A stretch of DNA of 59,723 bases from Pseudomonadota bacterium (GTDB lineage Bacteria; Pseudomonadota; Alphaproteobacteria; Rickettsiales; UBA1997), in NCBI GenBank assembly GCA_040384945.1, contig JAZKII010000013.1, positions 1 through 59,723 on the forward strand, read 5' to 3'. Within the stretch, counting starts at the first letter, position 1. Each line of letters opens with the position of its first letter. The position numbers and the translations under genes were made by a program. The notes beneath the pieces were generated by a model. The model did not search any database. It saw only the letters and a program-made list of their open reading frames with translations, and was not told the DNA's origin. Below, piece by piece: positions 25,992 to 34,988 of the stretch.

Positions 25992-26627
25992 ATGGATAAA
26001 AAGAAAATCGATAAAATCTTTGAAATTTGGCAAAAAGCTGAGCCTTATCCTAAAACTGAATTGATTTTTACCAATCATTACACGCTTTTGGTTGCTGTAG
26101 TTTTATCGGCGCAAAGTACCGATGTTGGCGTTAATAAAGCGACTAAAGCACTTTTTGCAATTGCCGATACGCCGGAAAAAATGCTGAAACTTGGTGAAGC
26201 AAAATTAAAAAAACACATCAATACAATCGGGCTTTATAATGGCAAAGCAGCCAATATTATCAAGCTTTCCCAGATTTTGATCGATAAATTTAATTCAGAA
26301 GTTCCTGAGAATTTTGAAGCCTTAAAATCACTTCCCGGTGTTGGACAAAAAACGGCAAATGTGGTTTTAAATTGCGCTTTTGGACATCCGACAATTGCAG
26401 TTGATACGCATGTTTTTCGGGTGGGAAACCGCATTGGTTTTATTAATGAAACAACGCCAGAAAAAGCTGAGATTGCTTTATTGAAGGCAATTCCCAAAAA
26501 ATGGCAAAATCACGCACATCACTGGATGATTCTGCATGGACGCTATATTTGTCAGGCGAGAAAACCTAAATGCAAAGCATGTAATATTGAGAAGTTTTGT
26601 GAGTTTGAACATAAAAATTTTAGTTAA
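25992..26627 (+). CDS. nth: endonuclease III
   Basis: HhH-GPD motif LPGVGQKTANVVL. C-terminal 4Fe-4S ligands CQARKPKCKACNIEKFC. The track ORF begins at TTG 25935; ATG 25992 gives 211 aa, the usual Nth length. Confidence 0.9.
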   Translation: MDKKKIDKIFEIWQKAEPYPKTELIFTNHYTLLVAVVLSAQSTDVGVNKATKALFAIADTPEKMLKLGEAKLKKHINTIGLYNGKAANIIKLSQILIDKFNSEVPENFEALKSLPGVGQKTANVVLNCAFGHPTIAVDTHVFRVGNRIGFINETTPEKAEIALLKAIPKKWQNHAHHWMILHGRYICQARKPKCKACNIEKFCEFEHKNFS

Positions 26628-26672
26628 TGCAATGTATGTACAAAATAAATATTAACCAAAATCCCCAAATAT

Positions 26673-28109
26673 ATGAAATTAAAAAATAAAAACCTTTTCA
26701 TCGAAAAATGTTTTATCAACGGAAAATTGGTGGATAAAAAAGAAAAAATGGCGGTTTTTAATCCATCAAATGAAGCCTTGATTGGCAAGGTTCCAAGCCT
26801 TGATGAAACTGATGTCAGAAAGGCAGTTGATGCCGCAGAAAAAGCGATGCCGAAATGGGCAAAATTAACCGGAAAAGAACGCAGCAAAATTCTTCGCGAA
26901 TGGTATGATTTAATTCTAAAAAATCAGGATGATTTAGCAGTAATTTTAACCACAGAACAAGGAAAACCACTTGAAGAAGCACGTGGTGAAATCATTTACG
27001 GCGCTTCGTTTATTGAATGGTTTGCCGAAGAAGCAAAACGCGTTTTAGGCGATGTAATTTTAGCACCAAAAACTGATCAAAAAATTATCACAACTTTGGA
27101 ACCGGTGGGAATTGTTGCAGCAATTACGCCCTGGAATTTTCCTAATGCCATGATAACCAGAAAAGCTTCTGCTGCTTTGGCTGCGGGCTGCGCCGTAATT
27201 TTAAAACCTTCAGAATTAACGCCTTTTTCGGCACTGGCTTTAGCGGTTTTAGCGAAAGAAGCGGGAATTCCTGACGGTATTTTCAATGTACTTACAGGTG
27301 ATGCACAAACTATTGGCGCTGAATTTTGTGAAAATAAAAAAATCCGTAAATTAAGTTTTACCGGCTCAACAAAAGTTGGAAAATTACTCAGCAAACAAAG
27401 TTCGGAAGATTTAAAGCGCGTCTCGCTTGAACTTGGCGGCAACGCGCCTTTCATCGTTTTTGCTGATGCCGATTTGGATAAAGCTGTTGAAGGTCTGATT
27501 CATGGCAAATTCAGAAATGCCGGACAGGCTTGCACTTGCGTTAACCGTATTTTAGTTGATGAAAAAATTTATAAAAAATTCCTCGCTAAATTTTTGGTTG
27601 AAGCAAAAAAATTAAAAGTTGGCGATGGTTTTGATAAATCATCAAAACTTGGCCCACTTATTTCCAAACCAGCTCTGGATAAGGTTGAACGCCTGGTTGC
27701 AAATGCCATAAAACTTGGCGCAAAATGTGAAATCGGTGGCAAAAAAATGAAGGGAACTTTTTATCCGGTTACAGTTTTAAGCAATACAACTCATGAAATG
27801 GATTTAGCCAAAGAAGAAATTTTCGGGCCAGTTGCCGCTTTTTATAAATTCAAAACTGAAGCAGAGGCAATTGAACTTTCCAACAGCACGATTTACGGGC
27901 TTGGTTCATATCTTTACAGCAATGATAATGGCACAATCTGGCGCGTTTCCAGCGCTTTAAAATTTGGAATGGTAGCAATTAATAATGCTTCTTTTGCGAC
28001 TGAAGTTGCGCCATTTGGTGGAATAAAACATTCGGGATATGGCCGCGAAGGTTCGCATTTGGGAATTGAAGAATTCTGCCAGGTTAAGGCGTTACATTTG
28101 AGTTATTAA
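26673..28109 (+). CDS. gabD: NAD(P)-dependent succinate-semialdehyde dehydrogenase
   Basis: 478 aa. Collinear with E. coli GabD as I recall it (...EQGKPLEEARGEIIYGASFIEWFAEEAKR..., ELGGNAP, catalytic Cys context GQACTCVNR). Confidence 0.85.
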   Translation: MKLKNKNLFIEKCFINGKLVDKKEKMAVFNPSNEALIGKVPSLDETDVRKAVDAAEKAMPKWAKLTGKERSKILREWYDLILKNQDDLAVILTTEQGKPLEEARGEIIYGASFIEWFAEEAKRVLGDVILAPKTDQKIITTLEPVGIVAAITPWNFPNAMITRKASAALAAGCAVILKPSELTPFSALALAVLAKEAGIPDGIFNVLTGDAQTIGAEFCENKKIRKLSFTGSTKVGKLLSKQSSEDLKRVSLELGGNAPFIVFADADLDKAVEGLIHGKFRNAGQACTCVNRILVDEKIYKKFLAKFLVEAKKLKVGDGFDKSSKLGPLISKPALDKVERLVANAIKLGAKCEIGGKKMKGTFYPVTVLSNTTHEMDLAKEEIFGPVAAFYKFKTEAEAIELSNSTIYGLGSYLYSNDNGTIWRVSSALKFGMVAINNASFATEVAPFGGIKHSGYGREGSHLGIEEFCQVKALHLSY

Positions 28110-28125
28110 TTTTCTTTAAGAACAC

Positions 28126-28175
28126 AAAACCCCCCGATGGTTTTAAAGCCAGTTTTAAAGCCATTGGGGGGTTTT
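28126..28175. terminator. bidirectional intrinsic terminator hairpin between convergent gabD and the pilin-like gene
   Basis: AAAA-ACCCCCCGATGG...(loop)...CCATTGGGGGGT-TTTT. The 13-bp stem has one G:T pair and is flanked by an A-run and a T-run. Confidence 0.6.
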
Positions 28176-28199
28176 ATTTAACCCACTTTATTCACGCCG

Positions 28200-30122
28200 T
28201 TAATTAGTATAACGAACAATCACAATTCCAGATCCTCCCGCTGCTGCTCCTCCTCCAGGACCACCTGCGGCAGCACCGCCGCCACCACCCGTGTTAGCAG
28301 TTCCAGCAACTGCAGCAGAATTTGAAGCAGCACCGCCTCCAGCACCGCCGCCGCCGGAGCCACCGGCTGCTATATTATTTGCACCCTGATTTGAACCGCC
28401 ACCGCCACCAGCATAAGTTAGAGTTGTTCCACTAATTGAATTTGTAGCACCATCACCTCCGGCACCTCCCAACTCAGAAGCTGCACTACCATTTCCGAAT
28501 CCCCTTACACCAGCACCGCCAGCACCGCCGCCGCCGCCGCCGCCATCCCAGCCAACACCCATACCACCACCACCAACATTACCTGAAGAAACTCCACCCA
28601 CCCCGGCAATTACAGCTCCTCCAGTTGTCATGTTATAATCACGACTAGCACCACCACCAGAACCACCTGCCATTGGCAATACATTTGTTGCACCACCACT
28701 ACCTCCTCCATAAGCAATTATCGCAGTATCAAAAGATGAATTGCCTCCACTACTTCCTGCTCCACTACTTCCACCACCAGCACCACCGGCACCTACTGTG
28801 ATTGCATAAGATTGCGCAGTTAGAGAATAAGAAGAATTATAAACAAATCCGCCACCGCCTCCGCCTCCGCCAAACCAACTACCACCACCACCACCAGCTA
28901 CCACCAATATTTGTGCGTTAGTATTTTGACTGCAGGTAAGTGTTTGAGTTGATGTAAATACATGAATTATTTCTCCAGCAACAGTATACATCGTGGTGTT
29001 ACCTCCACTACATTTAGGATTTACACAAACTCCACCAAGTAAATAATATCCGGTGTCACAGGCACACATAGTCGGGGAAGCTGAAAGGACAAGGGTTCCA
29101 GCTGAACAGCCTAATGTTACAGTTCCAACATAACCTGTTCCGCAAGTCCCGGTTACACCGCTTGCTCCTTGTGTTACTATCGATGGAGAAGAAAGACCAA
29201 CTACACTCGCTGTTGAACAATCCATTGTGCAGCCATCTGTTGTCACAATACCATTAATGCAAGAGCCACTCGCATTTGAAGTTCTATTTACTTTAGTAGA
29301 GTATTTTTTACCCAAATAATCTTCCGTGGTTTTTCTTTCATCAGATTTTAAAGCTCTGGTGAAAATAGCAATTTCTCCGATTTCGCCAGTGTAACCTTTA
29401 CCAATAGCCAGTGTTGTTATATTTGACAGTTTTGTAGTATCAGAGTTTTGAGCAGCGAGAATGCCGTTAATGTAAGTTTTTTTACCATTTACGGAATCAG
29501 AAACAAAAGTGAAAATTCTTGGAGTATCAGTTGATGAACTGTAAGTACTTATGCTCGAAGTATAAGCATTCCCAGTTCCCTGAGAATGGGAAATTTGAGC
29601 ATCGGCTGTGTAACCTAATAATAAGGTTTGGTTCGCTGTTGATACTGTACTATCACCAATAAAATACCCAGCTGAGGCGCTTTGGCGCTTTTCTAAAACT
29701 ACAATCGTGTAATCGGTGTTATTTAAAAAACTTGCGTCAGAAACTTGTAAATAATTGGCAGCACTACCACTGAACTTTACAGAGTGAATATAATTAATCG
29801 TATTGGAATAAGTTGGACCAGTCCCTACTGCAACTATAGTAGATTTATTAACCGCATTCTTTTGGTCATACCAAGTTGTTACAGCATCTCCAGTAGAAGT
29901 TTCTGCATCTTTAAAACTTTCTTCTAAGCTACTTTCTAACCAGATAGCATTGTCCTGAATTCCAGCAATTGGAGAGGTTTTAGTTAAATTTTGAGCTGCG
30001 GTAATCTTGGATTTTTTTACTAACCCAGTAGCTCCCATTATACCGGCAATTAAAATTCCGATGATTACGATTACAGCGGAAAGTTCGATTAGGGTGAAAG
30101 CAGAAGGCGTTTTTTTAATCAT
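28200..30122 (-). CDS. prepilin-type N-terminal domain protein with LamG-like domain, Cys-rich spacer and polyglycine-rich C-terminal domain
   Basis: 640 aa. N-terminus MIKKTPSA/FTLIELSAVIVIIGILIAGI is a class-III signal (Glu at +5). The LamG-like region ends ...GYTGEIGEIAIFTRALKSDERKTTEDYLGKKY. A ~100-aa segment contains 11 Cys. The C-terminal ~240 aa is dominated by Gly runs and ends ...GGSGIVIVRYTN. Confidence 0.75.
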   Translation of the reverse strand: MIKKTPSAFTLIELSAVIVIIGILIAGIMGATGLVKKSKITAAQNLTKTSPIAGIQDNAIWLESSLEESFKDAETSTGDAVTTWYDQKNAVNKSTIVAVGTGPTYSNTINYIHSVKFSGSAANYLQVSDASFLNNTDYTIVVLEKRQSASAGYFIGDSTVSTANQTLLLGYTADAQISHSQGTGNAYTSSISTYSSSTDTPRIFTFVSDSVNGKKTYINGILAAQNSDTTKLSNITTLAIGKGYTGEIGEIAIFTRALKSDERKTTEDYLGKKYSTKVNRTSNASGSCINGIVTTDGCTMDCSTASVVGLSSPSIVTQGASGVTGTCGTGYVGTVTLGCSAGTLVLSASPTMCACDTGYYLLGGVCVNPKCSGGNTTMYTVAGEIIHVFTSTQTLTCSQNTNAQILVVAGGGGGSWFGGGGGGGGFVYNSSYSLTAQSYAITVGAGGAGGGSSGAGSSGGNSSFDTAIIAYGGGSGGATNVLPMAGGSGGGASRDYNMTTGGAVIAGVGGVSSGNVGGGGMGVGWDGGGGGGGAGGAGVRGFGNGSAASELGGAGGDGATNSISGTTLTYAGGGGGSNQGANNIAAGGSGGGGAGGGAASNSAAVAGTANTGGGGGAAAGGPGGGAAAGGSGIVIVRYTN

Positions 30123-30271
30123 TTAGAAAAAAGGGTTTTTCTTAAAAAATTAAGATAAAATTTATTAATAACTAAAATTGCTATTCATCATTAAAACAAA
30201 ACCATGTCAAGAATTAGTCTTGGCATTTAAGATAATTATCCCTTGAAGCACAATTATTAGATATTTATTTT

Positions 30272-32059
30272 TCAAATCAATAAATCTTCTATCAACATCT
30301 GCACTTTTTCAACACCCATCCAACTGTTGATATTCAAGGTTCCAACTAGATTTAATGGTTTGGTGAATTTCGGATCCAGTAAAATTTCTCCCAGTGGAGT
30401 ATTAGTACTTCGAAAAGCAACTGCCTGAATTTGTCCGGTAAAACCTACTGCGGATTTTGTACAAAAAATACCACTAATATGTTCACCGGTTTTTCCGATT
30501 ATATTGGCTTTTACTTTTTGCACATCGCGCAAAATAAATTTTGGCCGTGCATTGCCAACACCAAATGGTTCTAGCTTAGAAAGCTCTTTTAATAGTTCGA
30601 TATTTACCTGCGGCAAATCAAGAGCAATATCAAATTCCATTTTCTTATGAGCTGAAAGTTCCATAATTTTTTCACCTAAATTTTGGTTAAAAAATTGGTG
30701 AAGCTCAGAAATTTTCTCCGGTAAAACTGAAAATCCACCCGCCATTGCGTGACCACCGCCTTCAAGCAACAATCCTTCCAAACGCGCTTTTAAAATTTCT
30801 CCGCCAAAATCAATTCCGGAAATTGAACGACATGAAGCCTTGCCTTTCTTACCTTCATCATCAATTGCGATTACTGCGACCGGCTTGTTGTACAAATCTT
30901 TTAAGCGCGATGCCACAATTCCGATCACGCCTTGATGCCAATATTTTGAAACCGCAAAAATCACCGGATCTGTAGTTTTAAAGCCACCAACACCTGATTC
31001 TAAAGCTTTCACCGCCTCTTCTAAAACCTGCACTTCAATTTCTTTTCTTTGTTTATTTAAAATTTCCAACTGCGCTGCAATTTCTTTTACCTCACCTTCA
31101 TCTTCACTTGATAAAATTCTGGCACCTAAATCTGATTTTCCGACACGCCCTCCAGCATTGATTCGCGGGCCAATTATAAATCCTAAATGATAAGCACTTG
31201 GCTCTTCATCAAGACCCGCCAAATCACAAATTTCGCGCAGTCCTAAATTTTTTCGCTGCTTTAAAATTTTTAAGCCCGCACTTACGAAAGCACGATTTAA
31301 GCCGGTTAAAGACATTACGTCGCACACAGTTCCAAGCGCAACGAGATCTAAAAGATTTAATAAATTCGGTTCTTTTCTTTGCGCATAATAATTTTCTTCA
31401 CGAAGTTTTTTATTAATCGCCACCGCGAATAAAAATGAAACTCCGGCAGCACAAAGATTTTTATGAGGAAAAATTTCATTTAAAAGATTGGGATTGATAA
31501 CCGCGATGGCATCAGGCTTTTCAAGCACTCCCAAATGATGGTCAATTACAATTATTTCTAAACCAACCGCCGCGGCATCTTCTAAAGGCTTGAAAGCAAC
31601 GGTTCCGCAATCAACTGTAATTACAAGGTCAGTACCGTTTTTTTTGAGGTTTAAAAGCGCTTGCGAATTGGGGCCATATCCTTCCAAAACACGGTCAGGA
31701 ATGTAAATTCCGACATCAATTCCAACTTCACGAAAAAAGCGTTTTAGCGTTGCAGCAGAGGTTGCGCCATCAACGTCATAATCAGCAAAAATGGTGATTT
31801 TTTTATTCTTTTTAACTGCTTCAATAACGTGAGCGACAGCTTTATCCATATCGCCTAATTCAAAAGGATTGGGCAGCGCGGTTTTGATTTTTGGTTCTAA
31901 AAAATTTTCAATTTCATCTAAAGAAATTTCGCGACTGGAAAGTAAGTTACTTAAAACTTCAGAAAGTTGAAAACGCTGATAAATAGTGCTGGCGTGGCGT
32001 TCATCAAAAGTTTTTTGTTGCCAGTTGAGACCGAGAATTGAGGTTTTTTGTTGGGTCAT
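30272..32059 (-). CDS. recJ: single-stranded-DNA-specific exonuclease RecJ
   Basis: 595 aa. DHH motifs IFADYDVDGATSAA and VIDHH. DHHA1 motif GGHAMAGG. Confidence 0.9.
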   Translation of the reverse strand: MTQQKTSILGLNWQQKTFDERHASTIYQRFQLSEVLSNLLSSREISLDEIENFLEPKIKTALPNPFELGDMDKAVAHVIEAVKKNKKITIFADYDVDGATSAATLKRFFREVGIDVGIYIPDRVLEGYGPNSQALLNLKKNGTDLVITVDCGTVAFKPLEDAAAVGLEIIVIDHHLGVLEKPDAIAVINPNLLNEIFPHKNLCAAGVSFLFAVAINKKLREENYYAQRKEPNLLNLLDLVALGTVCDVMSLTGLNRAFVSAGLKILKQRKNLGLREICDLAGLDEEPSAYHLGFIIGPRINAGGRVGKSDLGARILSSEDEGEVKEIAAQLEILNKQRKEIEVQVLEEAVKALESGVGGFKTTDPVIFAVSKYWHQGVIGIVASRLKDLYNKPVAVIAIDDEGKKGKASCRSISGIDFGGEILKARLEGLLLEGGGHAMAGGFSVLPEKISELHQFFNQNLGEKIMELSAHKKMEFDIALDLPQVNIELLKELSKLEPFGVGNARPKFILRDVQKVKANIIGKTGEHISGIFCTKSAVGFTGQIQAVAFRSTNTPLGEILLDPKFTKPLNLVGTLNINSWMGVEKVQMLIEDLLI

Positions 32060-32095
32060 TTTGATGTTTTGTAATTGTGTTAGCCGTATATTATT

Positions 32096-32205
32096 TTAGG
32101 TCTTAAGCAAGACGGGGTTTGTAACCCCGTCTTCACATTCATGTCAAAATTTAATTGAACTGAACATGTGGACTGGGTTACAAACCCAGTCCAGCGCGGA
32201 CCTCA
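32096..32205. repeat. family-1 double-hairpin (REPIN-like) repeat, copy B
   Basis: AGGTC..AAGACGGGG-TTTGTAA-CCCCGTCTT, a ~38-nt AT-rich imperfect palindrome, then GGACTGGG-TTACAAA-CCCAGTCC..GACCT. 32155..32195 is identical over 41 nt to 50123..50163. Confidence 0.85.
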
Positions 32206-32213
32206 AAAATTTC

Positions 32214-33959
32214 CTAAATTTTATCGTAAGAAATTTTTTCTTTTTTCGCACCAGGATGAGTAACCGCACCAAGTCTGGCATTACCTACAGTTTGCGCATA
32301 TTTCCACAACGCACCGCTTTGGTAATCATTTTCTCTTGGCTTCCACGCCGCTTTACGCGCCGCAATTTCAGACTCACTTAAAGCAACATCAATTGTACCT
32401 TTAATCGCATCAATCGTAATTTGATCACCATCTTTTAAAAGCGCGATCATGCCGCCAACCGCGGCTTCCGGGCTTACGTGGCCGATGCAAAATCCTCTGG
32501 TTCCGCCAGAAAATCTGCCGTCAGTAATTAAAGCGACTTTACCGCCCATCCCTTGTCCGTAAATTGCCGCAGTTGTTGCTAACATTTCGCGCATTCCAGG
32601 TCCGCCGCGTGGGCCTTCGTAGCGAATAATTAAAACATCACCGGCTTTATATTTTTTATGCTCAACGGCACTAAAACATTCTTCTTCCGAATCAAAACAC
32701 AAAGCGCTGCCAGTGAAAACCAAGGCATCATTTTGCATTCCGGCAACTTTTACAACTGCGCCGTCTTCAGCTAAATTACCGCGCAAAACTACAACGCCGC
32801 CACTTTTGGAAAGTGGTTTTTCCGGACGATAAACTACATCTTGATCTTCGTTGAATTTTATATCGGCTAAATTTTCGGCCATGGTTTTGCCGGTTACAGT
32901 TAAGCAATCACCGTGGATGTAGCCCGCATCAAGCAAAACTTTTAGAATCATTTGCACGCCACCAACTTCAAATAAATCTTTGGCGACATATTTTCCGCCT
33001 GGTTTCATATCGGCGATATAAGGAGTTTTTTTGAAAATTTTCTCGATTTCAAAAATATCAAAATCAATTCCGCATTCATTAGCCATTGCCGGCAAATGTA
33101 GAACAGCATTGGTTGAGCCGCCAGTTGCCGCAACAATCGCCGCAGCATTTTCCAAAGATTTACGAGTCACGATGTCGCGAGGTTTAATGCCTTTTGCGAT
33201 CAAATTCATCACCGCTTTTCCTGATTGGTAAGCATATTCATCACGCGATTCATAAGGAGCCGGAGCGCCTGAAGAACCAGGAAGCGCCAGGCCGATTGCC
33301 TCGCTTACACAGGCCATAGTGTTAGCGGTGAATTGACCGCCACATGCGCCAGCGCTTGGACAAGCAGCTTTAGTTAAAATTTTCAAATCTTCTTCTGACA
33401 TTTTTCCGGCATCTCTTTGGCCTACGGCTTCAAATACATCAACGATTGTCACATCTTTTCCTTTAAATCTGCCCGGCAAAATTGAACCGCCATACATAAA
33501 AACAGATGGCACATTTAAACGACACATTGCCATCATCATTCCCGGTAATGATTTATCGCAACCTGCTATTCCGACTAGTGCGTCATAGCAATGTCCGCGC
33601 ACTGTCACTTCAATTGAATCTGCGATAACTTCGCGCGAAACTAATGAAGATTTCATGCCTTGATGACCGTTGGCAATGCCATCTGTAACTGTGATTGTAG
33701 TGAATTCGCGTGGCGTTCCGCCTGCATCTTTAACCCCTTTTTTAGCTGGTTGGGCTTGACGTTGTAAAGCGATATTACACGGCGCTGCTTCATTCCAGGC
33801 GCTTACAACGCCAACGAATGGTGATGATAAATCTTCATCATTCAAACCTTGCGGATAAAGGTCTGTTTTGATGTTATAAAGCATGGTTTTACGACCTTCG
33901 CAACCGTGAGAATTGGTAACATAACGCGATGGCAATTTTGATTTATCGAATTTTGGCAT
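32214..33959 (-). CDS. ilvD: IlvD/Edd-family dehydratase (dihydroxy-acid dehydratase-like, short type)
   Basis: 581 aa. ...[12 protein letters not shown]..., [12 protein letters not shown] and [11 protein letters not shown] motifs of the IlvD/Edd family. Substrate cannot be assigned from sequence alone. Confidence 0.8.
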   Translation of the reverse strand: MPKFDKSKLPSRYVTNSHGCEGRKTMLYNIKTDLYPQGLNDEDLSSPFVGVVSAWNEAAPCNIALQRQAQPAKKGVKDAGGTPREFTTITVTDGIANGHQGMKSSLVSREVIADSIEVTVRGHCYDALVGIAGCDKSLPGMMMAMCRLNVPSVFMYGGSILPGRFKGKDVTIVDVFEAVGQRDAGKMSEEDLKILTKAACPSAGACGGQFTANTMACVSEAIGLALPGSSGAPAPYESRDEYAYQSGKAVMNLIAKGIKPRDIVTRKSLENAAAIVAATGGSTNAVLHLPAMANECGIDFDIFEIEKIFKKTPYIADMKPGGKYVAKDLFEVGGVQMILKVLLDAGYIHGDCLTVTGKTMAENLADIKFNEDQDVVYRPEKPLSKSGGVVVLRGNLAEDGAVVKVAGMQNDALVFTGSALCFDSEEECFSAVEHKKYKAGDVLIIRYEGPRGGPGMREMLATTAAIYGQGMGGKVALITDGRFSGGTRGFCIGHVSPEAAVGGMIALLKDGDQITIDAIKGTIDVALSESEIAARKAAWKPRENDYQSGALWKYAQTVGNARLGAVTHPGAKKEKISYDKI

Positions 33960-34119
33960 GAGAATTTTTAAAAATTTGGGAAGAAAGAGTTAGAATAAAA
34001 ATAAAAATTATGAAAACAAACATGCTTTGCATTTTGTTACGTAACCAAACAAAACTTTTGTAAAACAAAATTAGATCAACTTAAAAAGAATCATCTTTTC
34101 TAAAATAAATTTCAAAACC

Positions 34120-34986
34120 ATGAATTCCAAAAAAGCCTATTCTTTATTTGAAACTTCATTAGCCATAGTAATTCTCGCCATTGTGATTGGAGGCACTATA
34201 CAAGGCAGTCGCCTGGTTGCTCTGTATCGCCTGCAAACTGCGCAAAGCCTAACTCAAAGTTCACCGGTTAGTGCAATGAAAAATCTTGTTACCTGGCTGG
34301 AAGCAACATCGGAAACCAGTCTTGATGATGAAGAAGAAATAGATGGCTCTAAGATCACCAATTGGTATGATCTAAACCAGCAAACAAATGTAAAAAATAA
34401 TGCGGTAAATAATTCTGCCACCGTAAGCGACCATCCAACTTATAAAAGCAAATGCATCAACAACCTTCCCTGCCTTCAGTTTAACGGCACTTCGCAATAT
34501 ATGGATATAACACAAAATGCCGGTTATACTAATGAATTAACCATATTTGTGGTGTTTCTTTCATCCAATGATGCTTCTGACTTCCATACCATTATCGGAG
34601 CAGATGGCACATGGAGCAGCGGCATCAGTTTTCGGTTTAAGCGTTCTACCGCTGTAAATTATCAAACTCCGGATTTCAATAATGACACCTCAACTGGCGC
34701 ACTTTTAGCCAATAAAAATTATATAGCTGCTGTAGTCGATGGCTCTAGCACTATTACCAATTACCTAAATGGAACTGCGGGCACAACCACAACCGTACTG
34801 CCCGCCAACCGCCTGACAAAACGCTTATCTGCGCTTAACATTGCATCTTCAACAATGGGCACTCGCAGTAATTTCTTCGACGGCAATATTGGCGAAATAA
34901 TAATTTTTGATCGTGCTTTGAAAAATTATGAAAGACAAAATGTTGAAAAATATCTAAGCCAAAAATGGCAGATTCCGCTTTCTTAA
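34120..34986 (+). CDS. pseudopilin-like protein with LamG-like domain (paralog of the 640-aa protein N-terminal half)
   Basis: 288 aa. N-terminus MNSKKA/YSLFETSLAIVILAIVIGG (Glu at +5 if cleaved after Ala). Shares ...AQ.LT..SP......WLE.., ..WYD.. and ...G.IGEI.IF.RALK..ER...E.YL..K... with the 28200..30122 product. Confidence 0.65.
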   Translation: MNSKKAYSLFETSLAIVILAIVIGGTIQGSRLVALYRLQTAQSLTQSSPVSAMKNLVTWLEATSETSLDDEEEIDGSKITNWYDLNQQTNVKNNAVNNSATVSDHPTYKSKCINNLPCLQFNGTSQYMDITQNAGYTNELTIFVVFLSSNDASDFHTIIGADGTWSSGISFRFKRSTAVNYQTPDFNNDTSTGALLANKNYIAAVVDGSSTITNYLNGTAGTTTTVLPANRLTKRLSALNIASSTMGTRSNFFDGNIGEIIIFDRALKNYERQNVEKYLSQKWQIPLS

Positions 34987-34988
34987 AT

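Noticed and set aside
32166-32381. 71-aa ORF MWTGLQTQSS..., and the 103-aa ORF at 50134..50445 with the same N-terminus
   Set aside because: The shared start is generated by the family-1 repeat (ATGTGGACTGGGTTACAAACCCAGTCCAGC). The downstream parts are unrelated and overlap real genes (ilvD antisense, dsbB out of frame).
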